Below are positions 8,361-18,014 of a stretch of 25,204 nucleotides of DNA, piece after piece (the stretch's first letter is position 1; every line of letters starts with the position of its first letter). The position numbers were made by a program, and so were the translations under genes. Origin of the DNA: Bdellovibrionales bacterium (GTDB taxonomy: Bacteria > Bdellovibrionota > Bdellovibrionia > Bdellovibrionales > UBA1609); NCBI GenBank assembly GCA_020435185.1, contig JAGRAA010000032.1, forward strand, positions 1-25,204, written 5' to 3'. The notes under the pieces are model-generated. The model was not told the DNA's origin, did no database searches, and worked only from the letters and a program-made list of their open reading frames with translations.

Positions 8361-10025
8361 TTAAAGTCTGCCGAGAAGCTGATGAATACTGCTTGCGTGA
8401 GAATGTATCTTTCTTAGATTAAACAATATATCTCCAATTTGAATTGCGATACCCGCTTCATAAGAAGACTTCGCATTCCCTCTCATCCAATCTAAATATC
8501 CCTTACGAAGGTCAATATATTTTTGTTCAAATTTCGTCACCTGTTTTCGATACTCTTCAATCTTCAAATCTTTTTGCTCTGTGACCTCTAAAAATACGAA
8601 TTCATAGGTAGAAATCAGATAATCAAAGTCTTTTTCAAACTCAGAAAGAAAATCACCATCGATTTGTCCACCCAACGATAAAATCTCTTTTTTACATAAA
8701 ACTATAGACTTACAAGCATCGGCAATAAACTCCAATTCATCTGCCATTTTTGATAGAGTTCGAATTTGTCGCCCCTGCAAAGGAGTCAAACTGACTTCCA
8801 TCACCTTGTCTAAGAAGTCATAAATTTCATCCTGTACATTATCGGTGATTTTTTCGTATTTTAAAATTCTCTTCCCAGACTCTTCGTCTTCATCAACTAT
8901 ATAGGCCCTTGTTTGTTGCAACATGGTTTCTAGGGTCGCCGCCAATTTTTTAATCTCTTGATAAACCTGTTCAATGGCCAAAGACGGAGACATGTGAGAA
9001 GTGTTTCCAATAAATACTAACTGCTGCTTTTCTTTTTCTTCAGCGTCTCCCACTAAACGATTAACGATCTTTCCTACTGGAATAAATAATAGCGTACCCA
9101 AAGATACAGCGACCAAGTTATAGAACAAATGATTGATGGCCACATAAGATAATGGATTGAGTGAAGCGCTGTCTGAAAAAAAGAATTGGGTTTTAGAAAT
9201 CAAAGTGAACGTTTCAGGAATAAAAAAAGAAAGTACAAAGGTAGTAATAACATGAACCATCCCATGAAATAAGGCTCCCTTTTTCGCTACAACATTAGCC
9301 TTCTGACTCAACCTCAAAACAGGTAAGGCTTTACCTAAGTTTATAGCTAAGACAAACACACTCGCCATCACAAAACTAATATTCTCAGAAGCCAACAAAC
9401 TCATCGTAGCAACCAATAATGCCACCGTGGATCGAAAAAAAATAGATAATACAACGACTAGTAAAATTGAAATCCAAACAAACCCAAGGCCAGATAAATT
9501 AGGCAACACCCCAACCAAATGATCAGACAAATGAAACCCATTGATCACAGCATGATTCATCATAAAACGATGTCCAAGAAGCAACAATCCAGTAGCAAAA
9601 ATAATTTTTCCCAAAGACCTCATTCTCGGCCACTGCGAATAAAACATCGGAAAAAATCCAATAGCCACCAAATACATATCTAAATTGCCATAATCCAGCG
9701 TAAACAAAAACAGCGTTAATACAGTTCCTAAATTTGATCCAAGCAGTAAAGATTTAAGTTGTCTTAAACGAACCAGTCCGGAGTTCGAAAAACTCAAAGC
9801 CATGGTCGCTGCACTCGTGCCTGACTGAATTGAAAAGGCAATTAAGCTCCCGAACAAAAAGGATACGAAATAACTACTTGATAAACCATTTACAAAATAT
9901 CTGATTAACGGGTTTAAGAAGCTCTGGGTTCCCACTGAGAGTTTGTGCATTGAATAAACAATTAAACCCATTCCACATAAAAAACTCACAACATATATCA
10001 TGTAGCTATCAATTAAAAAGTTCAA
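8361..10025 (-). CDS. Na+/Pi cotransporter family protein with C-terminal PhoU-like domains
   Basis: 554 aa. Two membrane repeats (IQSGTS...GSNLGT; FRST...AINLG), then PSLAIEQVYQEI, EKITDNVQDEI and DELEFIAD. TTG start with AAGGAG SD. Confidence 0.85.
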   Translation of the reverse strand: MNFLIDSYMIYVVSFLCGMGLIVYSMHKLSVGTQSFLNPLIRYFVNGLSSSYFVSFLFGSLIAFSIQSGTSAATMALSFSNSGLVRLRQLKSLLLGSNLGTVLTLFLFTLDYGNLDMYLVAIGFFPMFYSQWPRMRSLGKIIFATGLLLLGHRFMMNHAVINGFHLSDHLVGVLPNLSGLGFVWISILLVVVLSIFFRSTVALLVATMSLLASENISFVMASVFVLAINLGKALPVLRLSQKANVVAKKGALFHGMVHVITTFVLSFFIPETFTLISKTQFFFSDSASLNPLSYVAINHLFYNLVAVSLGTLLFIPVGKIVNRLVGDAEEKEKQQLVFIGNTSHMSPSLAIEQVYQEIKKLAATLETMLQQTRAYIVDEDEESGKRILKYEKITDNVQDEIYDFLDKVMEVSLTPLQGRQIRTLSKMADELEFIADACKSIVLCKKEILSLGGQIDGDFLSEFEKDFDYLISTYEFVFLEVTEQKDLKIEEYRKQVTKFEQKYIDLRKGYLDWMRGNAKSSYEAGIAIQIGDILFNLRKIHSHASSIHQLLGRL

Positions 10026-10051
10026 AAAATTCTCCTTATTTCTCGAAAACC

Positions 10052-10720
10052 TTAAGCCAAATATAAATCATAACGAATAGATTTCCCTAAAAAACTTTTA
10101 TTGGGTTTTTTCATCAAAAAAGTAGCTTTTAATGGTCTCTTAACAACAACTCTTTTTGTAGCAACACTCAATGAAGCCTCCAAAATCCTAGAACTTTCTT
10201 CTTCCACATCAAATGTATTTTCTTTTAATAGTTCCTGAAGTATCTGCATCTCTTTCGGACTCTTACCTTTCTTCTTACGAGGAAACATAGGATCCAAATA
10301 AATAACTTCAGGGGCTTCCACCTCACCAAAGATATCAATAGCATCACCAAATCGTAAATTAAAATTTTCCATAAGATTTCTATAAGGTTTTTTTTCTAAA
10401 AACAAACTTCTTTCTCTGGAAATCATCTCAAATAGAGTAAAATTTCTTTCAATACTTGTAACCTTTAGGCCGGCGCTTAAAAAACAAATAGAATCCCCAC
10501 AAAATCCAGCCGTAGCGTCAATAACAGATCGCACGCCTTTTTTAACCCCTATCGCCTTTAACAATGGCTGACTAAGCAAAGACCTGTCTCTACTAAACAT
10601 TTCAAAAGTCTTAGAAAAATCCACAAAATAAGGATTCATATACTTTTTCAAAGAGGAATCAAAAATTTGCAAACCCAGACGTCCTTCTTGCTCAACAATT
10701 TTAACGCCCTCGGAGTCCAT
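10052..10720 (-). CDS. rsmJ: 16S rRNA m2G1516 methyltransferase RsmJ-like
   Basis: LLKAIG, VIDATAGFCGDS, VIYLDPMFP, KRVVVKRP, RYDLY. TAATG overlap with the upstream gene. Confidence 0.85.
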   Translation of the reverse strand: MDSEGVKIVEQEGRLGLQIFDSSLKKYMNPYFVDFSKTFEMFSRDRSLLSQPLLKAIGVKKGVRSVIDATAGFCGDSICFLSAGLKVTSIERNFTLFEMISRERSLFLEKKPYRNLMENFNLRFGDAIDIFGEVEAPEVIYLDPMFPRKKKGKSPKEMQILQELLKENTFDVEEESSRILEASLSVATKRVVVKRPLKATFLMKKPNKSFLGKSIRYDLYLA

Positions 10721-11814
10721 TAGGAAAAACTCTGACTCAACAAAGATAACACCAACAAAACAGAAACCACACTGTGATAAATAATTCCATTACTCCCCAT
10801 ATTGAAAACATACGTTGATAACGGAGAATTACTTCGTCTTAATTTTTTAATCACATATAGACTATATGCAAAAGACAAAGAGGATATTAACGATACATAG
10901 ACCATGTCCACCCCCTGATAATACATAGAGAAAAAAATGACGACCGGAACTAGCAGAAGTTCTAACGCAACCAGTTTTTTAGACAAATCAAAACCTAATC
11001 TTTCCATTAACGTTTTTATTCCGGCCTTACTATCGATCATTATATTTTCCAATTTTCTAAATTGTAAGACTAATGCCGAGAGATACCCAAAACATATACC
11101 CAACTCAAATACTTCAATAAAAACATCCTGAGTAAAACAATAAGAAACACCTACGCTAATTAATGGACCCATGGCCAATAAAACGGCCAATTCTCCTAAA
11201 CCTAAATTTTTCAAACCCATTTTACTATTGGCGTACCCAAAGATAGAAACCACGCCGAAAATCACCACAAATAAAAGAAGAGGAGGGTGAAATTTCAAAA
11301 CACTATATCCTCCCAATGAGGCTAAAAAAAATAAAACGATCCCTATGATTTTTAATTTATAGGCAGGCCATATTCCCTTCTGAATAACCTGACTTCCACT
11401 TTTTTTATCTAATCGATCTACTCCATTCAAATGATCGAAATAGTCATTTAAAAAATAAATTGCTCCATGCGCACACAATAAAGATAAAAATAAAACAACA
11501 ACATCTATTAGAGGTAAAAAAACACCTTTCCGTTGAAGAACCAGCAAAGTGGCAATCGGAGCAAAGAAAGTAAGACCTAACAACTCAGGTCGAAAAGCAC
11601 GAATCAATCCAATAATTTTTTGTCGTACAGAAACCGAATCTTGATGATCAATCTTAAAGATAACCTTTTCCATTCCATTTCCGTATGTGATTTGAGATAT
11701 GGGCTTAACTAAAGCCTGAGAAGAAAACTTTCCTAAGATATATTTATTATATTCCGCAGAACCCTTCATAGCAGAAACGTATTTACTTTGAGAAACGTGA
11801 CCCTTCTCCGACAC
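10720..11814 (-). CDS. UbiA-superfamily prenyltransferase, second MenA-like paralog with N-terminal extension
   Basis: RAFRP, NDYFDHLNGVD, LKNLGLGE, D.KAGIKTL..RLG and multiple TM helices. GTG start directly after the polyprenyl synthase stop. Confidence 0.8.
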   Translation of the reverse strand: MSEKGHVSQSKYVSAMKGSAEYNKYILGKFSSQALVKPISQITYGNGMEKVIFKIDHQDSVSVRQKIIGLIRAFRPELLGLTFFAPIATLLVLQRKGVFLPLIDVVVLFLSLLCAHGAIYFLNDYFDHLNGVDRLDKKSGSQVIQKGIWPAYKLKIIGIVLFFLASLGGYSVLKFHPPLLLFVVIFGVVSIFGYANSKMGLKNLGLGELAVLLAMGPLISVGVSYCFTQDVFIEVFELGICFGYLSALVLQFRKLENIMIDSKAGIKTLMERLGFDLSKKLVALELLLVPVVIFFSMYYQGVDMVYVSLISSLSFAYSLYVIKKLRRSNSPLSTYVFNMGSNGIIYHSVVSVLLVLSLLSQSFS

Positions 11815-12750
11815 TTATTTTTTTCTCCAGTAAAGCAAGTTTGGAAGCCTTTCTAATTTCTTAAATAACTCTTCACTCAACACTTTGTCTTTCTCGTAAA
11901 GCTCTTTAAGAATAAATTGATAAATGTCTATAAGCTCGTCGTTAACCTGATCAAAAGAATTTAAGCGTTCACAAAAATACTCTTCACCAACAACCTCAAA
12001 GAGTCCTTTAATGGTTTGACAGTTTTTGAAGGCAGCTCTTTGATGAGCATCTAAATTTTCCATCAAATAGGAGCCAAAAGAATTAATATAACCAGACTTC
12101 AAATCTCCTAAAACAGCTTTCTTTTCGAAATTACGAACATCAAAATCTAACAAGTCATCACTTCTTTGAAAGAGTTGCCCAATAATTTCTCCCATCTTTT
12201 CTAAAGAGTGATGAACCCCTTCTTGATAATTCTCAGCTGCCAAAAATGGTGCCCTAAAACACCACTTAAACAAAGAGGAGGTCTTCAACCTATGGACCTG
12301 ATCTAATTGTCCTAATTGAACACTAAAATCATTGACCAAAGAGTCCTGAATCCACTCACCCTCTAAAAGATCCGAAATCATTTCTGCCGTATACTGCAGT
12401 AACTTTAAATTCCCATAAGATGACAAATTCACCATCACTCTAGCCAGCAAATAATCGCCAGCAAGAACTGCGTATTCTGCGTTATACTTTAACCAAGCCG
12501 CAGGCTTGTTCCGTCTTAAGTGCGAACGATCAATTAAATCATCATGTAACAAAGAGGCATTGTGAATAAACTCAATAGTTTGACTCAACAAAAGAGTCTG
12601 CTTTTCATTTAACTTCAAATCCTCAGAAAACAGCTGAATCAATTGAGATCGAAATCCCTTTCCACCAGAAAATAAGTCATCATACAAAGAGTTTAATTTT
12701 GGCAGATAACGAGGAAAGTCCTTTTCGTTATAAACTTTAATGCTTTTCAT
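11815..12750 (-). CDS. Trans-polyprenyl diphosphate synthase (IspB/HepT family)
   Basis: GGKGFR, EFIHNASLLHDDLIDRSHLRR (FARM), AVLAGDYLL, LKTSSLF, FQRSDDLLDF (SARM), GDLKSG. Start placed at ATG 12750 (GGGAAG upstream); the ORF is open to 12801. Confidence 0.88.
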   Translation of the reverse strand: MKSIKVYNEKDFPRYLPKLNSLYDDLFSGGKGFRSQLIQLFSEDLKLNEKQTLLLSQTIEFIHNASLLHDDLIDRSHLRRNKPAAWLKYNAEYAVLAGDYLLARVMVNLSSYGNLKLLQYTAEMISDLLEGEWIQDSLVNDFSVQLGQLDQVHRLKTSSLFKWCFRAPFLAAENYQEGVHHSLEKMGEIIGQLFQRSDDLLDFDVRNFEKKAVLGDLKSGYINSFGSYLMENLDAHQRAAFKNCQTIKGLFEVVGEEYFCERLNSFDQVNDELIDIYQFILKELYEKDKVLSEELFKKLERLPNLLYWRKK

Positions 12751-12928
12751 ATATTCTTCCCGAAAACTCAGAGAAACTAACAGAATGACTCTATATGTCA
12801 ACCTCTTATCTCTGGCCAGTTAACACATGGCAAAATCCGGCGAACAAAGGGACATTTAATTTTAAGGATTGCTCTAGATTTATTCACCTCTCCATGTTCA
12901 AATAATAGAATAATCACGAGGGGTTAAA

Positions 12929-13168
12929 ATGAGTGAATATGATTTAATGAAAGAGGAAAGAGCTTTTATACATGATGTTTCTTCTCCTCTCATGATCGCC
13001 ATAGGAATGGTGGATTTCGCAGTCAACCTGTGTCAAAAAGAAGAGCAAGAAGACCCTGAAAAAGTAATTCAAAAACTAGAAAAAGCACAAAAGGCGCTCA
13101 AGCGCATTGGAGAGCTTTTAAAAGAAAGGCGAAAGACATTGATTGATAGAATGTCTGACGACGTATAG
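12929..13168 (+). CDS. Stand-alone HisKA/DHp-like protein (no ATPase or sensor domain)
   Basis: 79 aa. H-box-like FIHDVSSPL on a helix-turn-helix hairpin. SD GAGGGG; 2 nt from the next ATG. Confidence 0.65.
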   Translation: MSEYDLMKEERAFIHDVSSPLMIAIGMVDFAVNLCQKEEQEDPEKVIQKLEKAQKALKRIGELLKERRKTLIDRMSDDV

Positions 13169-13170
13169 AT

Positions 13171-13563
13171 ATGAAAAATAATAGCTTTCAAGTTTTAATT
13201 GTAGATGACGAAGCAGATCTTTGCGAAATTCTTTCTAGCTCTCTCACAAATTTAGGGTTTGATTGCAAAACGGCACTTAACGGCGAAGAAGCCTTAGAAC
13301 TCATCAAAAATCATGAATTTCATGCTTTATTAACTGATTATCATATGCCGAAAATATCTGGTATTGAGTTAATTTCTAAAGTTAAAAATGATTTCCCCAA
13401 CATGTTTTGTGTCATCATGATGACAGATGCCAGTGAAGAAGAAATTAAATCCGTTCAATCCCATGGGGTAGATCGAATCATTAGCAAACCTTTTGATTTA
13501 GATGATATTGATAACTTATTTGACACCTTTCGAAACGAAAAGCTCAAGGCCTCTGCGATATGA
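13171..13563 (+). CDS. Single-domain response regulator (CheY-like)
   Basis: VLIVDDE, phosphoacceptor LLTDYHMP..SGIELI, MMT, SKPF. Confidence 0.92.
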   Translation: MKNNSFQVLIVDDEADLCEILSSSLTNLGFDCKTALNGEEALELIKNHEFHALLTDYHMPKISGIELISKVKNDFPNMFCVIMMTDASEEEIKSVQSHGVDRIISKPFDLDDIDNLFDTFRNEKLKASAI

Positions 13564-13952
13564 TCTTTCAGTCCGATCGTCTTATCACTTTTAGCGATTC
13601 AGATTTAGCGGGATTCATGTTCTTCGCAAAAGCTTTTGATCTAGCACACCAAACTCTTGAACAATTCATTTCTCAAAGTCCCATAGGATGGGAAAATTGG
13701 TTTAGAAACTCTGATTTTAAAGTTCCCCTCCGACATGCCGAAGCAGATTTTTACGCTCCCATTCTTCCTGGTCAAACATTAAACCTCCAACTTCATTTAA
13801 AAAAAATTGGAGATAGCAGCATACACTTTTCTACTCAGTTTTTTAATGAACAAACGCTTTGTTGTGATGTTATAACAGTTCATACCTTTGTGAGCCCTGA
13901 TATGAAACAAAAAATGGCCGTTCCTCAATTTATTATAGACTCACTCTCTTGA
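13560..13952 (+). CDS. Hotdog-fold acyl-CoA thioesterase, candidate DHNA-CoA hydrolase (MenI function)
   Basis: ITFSDSDLAGFMFFA matches the 4HBT-I motif (DxDxxG..FF); PLRHAEADFYAPI, IGDSSI. ATGA overlap with the receiver gene; converges on menE. Confidence 0.72.
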   Translation: MIFQSDRLITFSDSDLAGFMFFAKAFDLAHQTLEQFISQSPIGWENWFRNSDFKVPLRHAEADFYAPILPGQTLNLQLHLKKIGDSSIHFSTQFFNEQTLCCDVITVHTFVSPDMKQKMAVPQFIIDSLS

Positions 13953-13972
13953 AAATAAAGCAAAGACTCCTG

Positions 13973-15142
13973 CTAAAAAATAATGTTTCGTCTTTTTCCT
14001 AAAGAGGATTTAGGAATCTCTCTTACATGATATATCGCCGACAGCTTTTCTATCCCTTTCGCACATTTATTAAATTCACGAATAATCCGTTGAGCACATC
14101 GACTATTTTTAAAACCTGCAACCAAAATCAATTCATTTTGTTTTCGAGCATGCCTCACAGACGCAATATAAAACTCATTAAAATCAACATTTTGATCTTC
14201 AGCTATGTGATCTAGTCTTTGCTGAAGACCATCTAAATTGATCAATTCACCCAAGACTTTCACTGATCTGTCTGATCGATCCAATATTTGTACCCACTCC
14301 CCATAATCATCACTATGAATCTTGACGCGATCTTGGGTTTTGAACCAATTTTGTTTTGATATCTTCTCTAGATGCCACGCTCCTTCTAAATAAGTTAAAC
14401 GATAACTCAACAGAGATTGATCTTGAATTTCTAGTCTAGCGGTTTCTTTATCCTCTTGATAATGTACTCCAGGAAGAAACCTTAAACGTGGACCATACTG
14501 CTCATCCCAGTCATTAGCCACTCTTACCGTGGCCATCTGAGATCCAGACTCAGTCATTCCGAAGGTACTGTATACTGGCCAACCTAATGTTTGTGCTTTT
14601 TCAAAGGTTTGAAAACTTAAACGCCCTCCTCCGATAAACAATACCTTCAATTTTGACGGCGCCCGAAATCCTCTAGATATTAAGTCGTAAAGCTGAGTGG
14701 GTACTAAGCTAGTTACCGTAATCGCGTGATTTGTGAGAAGTTGATAAAATTCCTCAGGGCTCCAAGGTTTCTCGCTCCCATCAACCCATTGAGCCCCTGC
14801 GATCTCTGCTCTTACCTTCGCTGCATATCCGCCGACGTGAAACAGAGGCAATACATTACCCACAGTATCGTTTGAGCTCAGACCTATCCATTGATTCACT
14901 CGTTTGGCAGAAAATAAAATAGAGTCCTTTTCAAGTCCAATAAATTTTGGCAACCCTGTACTTCCTGAAGTTGCAAACCAATAAGTTTCTGGATATCCCT
15001 GGAGTTTTTTCTTTAAAGACTCGATCTGAGAAGAATTAAAAAGTGTGAGTTGAGGATTAAAAAATAGAGCACTTGATTTTTCGTTGAGAGACACATCAAA
15101 ATCATTAATTCTTAACATAGAAATGACTATAACTCTTTCCAT
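13973..15142 (-). CDS. menE: o-succinylbenzoate-CoA ligase (short form)
   Basis: ATSGSTGLPK, LPLFHVGG, SLVPTQL, FGMTESGSQ, TQDR, GELIN, KSSLGK. Last gene of the men operon. Alternative start at ATG 15118. Confidence 0.85.
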   Translation of the reverse strand: MERVIVISMLRINDFDVSLNEKSSALFFNPQLTLFNSSQIESLKKKLQGYPETYWFATSGSTGLPKFIGLEKDSILFSAKRVNQWIGLSSNDTVGNVLPLFHVGGYAAKVRAEIAGAQWVDGSEKPWSPEEFYQLLTNHAITVTSLVPTQLYDLISRGFRAPSKLKVLFIGGGRLSFQTFEKAQTLGWPVYSTFGMTESGSQMATVRVANDWDEQYGPRLRFLPGVHYQEDKETARLEIQDQSLLSYRLTYLEGAWHLEKISKQNWFKTQDRVKIHSDDYGEWVQILDRSDRSVKVLGELINLDGLQQRLDHIAEDQNVDFNEFYIASVRHARKQNELILVAGFKNSRCAQRIIREFNKCAKGIEKLSAIYHVREIPKSSLGKRRNIIF

Positions 15143-16191
15143 GATATGTTTTTCAATTGATCATCAAACCCAATACCATTTTGTCCTGGAAAATGAACAA
15201 TACCGTTTTTCACTTCAATTTCTTTAGAAAAATTATTTTCTTGGTACAGATTATGAGTAAGCATTCCACAGCTTAATAGATGACCAGGAAATTTCGCATT
15301 AAATTGTATCGCTTCACTCACGGCAGACGCGATCCCCACTGGATGGTCCATATACGACGTAAAAACAAAATCATAATCTAAAGGTTGTGCAATCTTTCCG
15401 CTCGTTCTCTTCAGCTGCTCCACAATCCAATAAGGATTTTCTACGGCAGGCTTAACTACAATCACATGCCTATTCGATACCGGCTGCTGAAAATCTCGGT
15501 TTTCTCTATCCAAAGCAAAAGTAATTTGAAATTTTTGAGAAACTCTATCCCAATCTTCTTGATCATAAGGAAAAGGATCTTCTATATAATCAAGATTAGG
15601 ATAAAGCCATTCTTTAACTCCTCCAAACCATTCGATGAAATCATCACTAGAAATCAAACTATTAAAATCCAATCTAATTTTAAGAGCAGAAGAATACCCA
15701 ATGTATGTATTAGATGTCCCTTTCTTCAAAAGGGTTACGAAAGCCTTCAACAAAGCCGTGTCCCCTTGGAGATCGCTTCCCATTTTAACTTTCATAATTT
15801 TAAACCCATCACGAACCACTCTTAAAGTTTGATTTGCACTCCAAGAAGACAATTCCGTGACAAGATAATTATTTGTTATTTCACCAACTTTATCTCCAAT
15901 TAAACTCACTCGATCTTTACGAGCTTGCCCATCGATTTGAGCAAAATGAAGAGATCTTTTTAATACTTTACTAAGTGGAGCTTCGCCGGCCTTATACTTT
16001 TTTAATATAGCCAATTGATCTTCTATAGATTCATCCCCAAACTCTTCCCAGGGATGAACATCTGAAAACCCGATTACATCACTACCGAAATCTACTTTGA
16101 TTAAAAAACCAGCTCTAAAATTTAAATCTTCAGATAAGCCATTTAGACTCACCACCGGATTAAGTGTGTACTTTGAATACCAAATTTTCAT
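15127..16191 (-). CDS. menC: o-succinylbenzoate synthase (enolase superfamily)
   Basis: KxK (KIMKVKMG), IRLDFN, YIEDP, ALD, VVKP. ATGA overlap with menA. Confidence 0.85.
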   Translation of the reverse strand: MKIWYSKYTLNPVVSLNGLSEDLNFRAGFLIKVDFGSDVIGFSDVHPWEEFGDESIEDQLAILKKYKAGEAPLSKVLKRSLHFAQIDGQARKDRVSLIGDKVGEITNNYLVTELSSWSANQTLRVVRDGFKIMKVKMGSDLQGDTALLKAFVTLLKKGTSNTYIGYSSALKIRLDFNSLISSDDFIEWFGGVKEWLYPNLDYIEDPFPYDQEDWDRVSQKFQITFALDRENRDFQQPVSNRHVIVVKPAVENPYWIVEQLKRTSGKIAQPLDYDFVFTSYMDHPVGIASAVSEAIQFNAKFPGHLLSCGMLTHNLYQENNFSKEIEVKNGIVHFPGQNGIGFDDQLKNISWKEL

Positions 16192-17078
16192 CCTATTAAT
16201 ATCCCCGCTGAAAATAGAATGCCAAAAGCAATATGACTAGCCGATGCCTTTGCCAAACAACTGTTATACAATGGACTCGGTTTCGTCGAGTAGACGAATC
16301 GCACAACATAAATCGCTAAAGGAAGACTTAATAAAGATAAAACAAGAGGACCGTAAAAACCCTTATAAAGCCAATAAAAGTTTAAAATATAGGCCACACT
16401 ATATAAAAATAAAATTTCAAATTGTCCAAAAGAGGACCCAAATCGCACAACCAAAGTTTTTTTATTCGCCTTCCGATCCTGTTCAAAATCTCTCAGATTA
16501 TTTACCGCCAGCAACACTGTGGCCAACAACCCCACTTGTAGACCCGCAACCGCAATACCCCAATGGAGGGTGCCCGTGTGCAAATAGTAAACCCCCATCA
16601 CCGAAATCACTCCAAAGTAAAGAATGACAAATAAATCACCTAGTCCCAAATAAGCTAATGGGAAAGGTCCACCTGTATATCCATAAGCTAAAAAAATTGA
16701 GGTGGCACCAATCAGAATAAAAGGCCAACCTCCTTTAATGACTAGAGGGACTCCGCAAAGAAAAGCCATCACCAAAAAAAAGACAGCCATAAACAACACT
16801 TTCTTGTAAGTAAAATATCCCCCTTGAGTGACCCGCTTTGGTCCGATTCGCTCTTCAGTGTCTGCACCTTTTTTAAAATCAATGGCGTCATTAAAAAGGT
16901 TAGTGCCAATTTGAATAAAAAAAGAAGCCAATAAGGTAAGCACAAATACCTGATAATCCAATCTCGAGTGTTCGGCCCAGGCTAAAGAGGTCGCCACCAG
17001 GATTGGAACCACGGATGCTGTTAATGTTTTTACTCTAAAAGATAGAACCCAGGCCTTTATCTTTGAGTGCTTCTTCAT
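16188..17078 (-). CDS. menA: 1,4-dihydroxy-2-naphthoate polyprenyltransferase
   Basis: RVKTLTAS..P, QIGTNLFNDAIDFKKGAD, YTGGPFPLAYLGLGD, NNLRDFEQDRKANKKTLVVRFG. Confidence 0.93.
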   Translation of the reverse strand: MKKHSKIKAWVLSFRVKTLTASVVPILVATSLAWAEHSRLDYQVFVLTLLASFFIQIGTNLFNDAIDFKKGADTEERIGPKRVTQGGYFTYKKVLFMAVFFLVMAFLCGVPLVIKGGWPFILIGATSIFLAYGYTGGPFPLAYLGLGDLFVILYFGVISVMGVYYLHTGTLHWGIAVAGLQVGLLATVLLAVNNLRDFEQDRKANKKTLVVRFGSSFGQFEILFLYSVAYILNFYWLYKGFYGPLVLSLLSLPLAIYVVRFVYSTKPSPLYNSCLAKASASHIAFGILFSAGILIG

Positions 17079-17086
17079 GTCTCTTC

Positions 17087-17911
17087 CTATGGCAAGCGAG
17101 GAAATTTACTAAAATTAGGCTTACGTTTTTCGACGAAAGCATTTTTTCCTTCTTTGGCTTCTTCAGTCATATAGTAAAGCAAAGTAGCATTTCCGGCCAA
17201 ATCCAAAAGCCCGACTTGACCATCACAATCCGCATTCATTGAAGCCTTCAAACATCTTAAAGCCAATGGAGAATGCTGTAGCATTTCACGACACCAAGAT
17301 AAAGTTTCGTTTTCTAATTCATCATTAGGGACGACCTTATTAACCAGTCCCATTTGTAATGCTTCTTGAGCATCATATTGACGACAAAGATACCATATTT
17401 CTCTAGCTTTTTTTTGTCCTACGATTCTAGAAAGATAGCTGCTGCCCAAACCTCCATCAAAAGATCCAACTTTAGGACCGGTCTGCCCAAAACGAGCATT
17501 TTCTCCGGCGATCGTTAAGTCACAAACAACATGAAGTACATGGCCTCCACCGATTGCGTATCCGGCAACCATGGCAACCACAGGTTTAGGCATAGAACGA
17601 ATTTGTTTTTGAACATCTAAAATATTTAGACGAGGGACGCCATCGTCTCCAATATAACCTGCATTACCTCTTACTTTTTGATCTCCACCAGCGCAAAAAG
17701 CCTCTCTTCCCTCACCTGTCAATATCACTACTCCAATTCGAGAATCATCTCTAAGGATATCAAACGCTTCTTTTAATTCATGTACCGTCTGAGGACGAAA
17801 GGCATTTCTTACTTCAGGTCTATTAATGGTGATCTTACCAATTCCATCCTCGGTCGCTTCAAGTTTTATATCAGTAAAATTTTTTATCGAATTCCAGGTT
17901 TGAGTCGCCAT
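17087..17911 (-). CDS. menB: 1,4-dihydroxy-2-naphthoyl-CoA synthase
   Basis: [64 protein letters not shown]. Confidence 0.97.
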   Translation of the reverse strand: MATQTWNSIKNFTDIKLEATEDGIGKITINRPEVRNAFRPQTVHELKEAFDILRDDSRIGVVILTGEGREAFCAGGDQKVRGNAGYIGDDGVPRLNILDVQKQIRSMPKPVVAMVAGYAIGGGHVLHVVCDLTIAGENARFGQTGPKVGSFDGGLGSSYLSRIVGQKKAREIWYLCRQYDAQEALQMGLVNKVVPNDELENETLSWCREMLQHSPLALRCLKASMNADCDGQVGLLDLAGNATLLYYMTEEAKEGKNAFVEKRKPNFSKFPRLP

Positions 17912-18014
17912 ATCTCTTCCTTATCTTTAAGTTTTCGTTGAACTGTTTTGATGTATCTACTTCTACAATTAAGCTCAATAAATATACAGCGAACTCCAAT
18001 AATAATACGATGCA

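Noticed and set aside
13953-13972. Terminator between the thioesterase and menE
   Set aside because: Only a 4-bp AGCA/TGCT stem is present.
13973-15142. Short MenE as a truncated pseudogene
   Set aside because: The adenylation motifs and the C-terminal catalytic Lys region are present, and the ORF is coupled to menC with no leftover upstream fragment.
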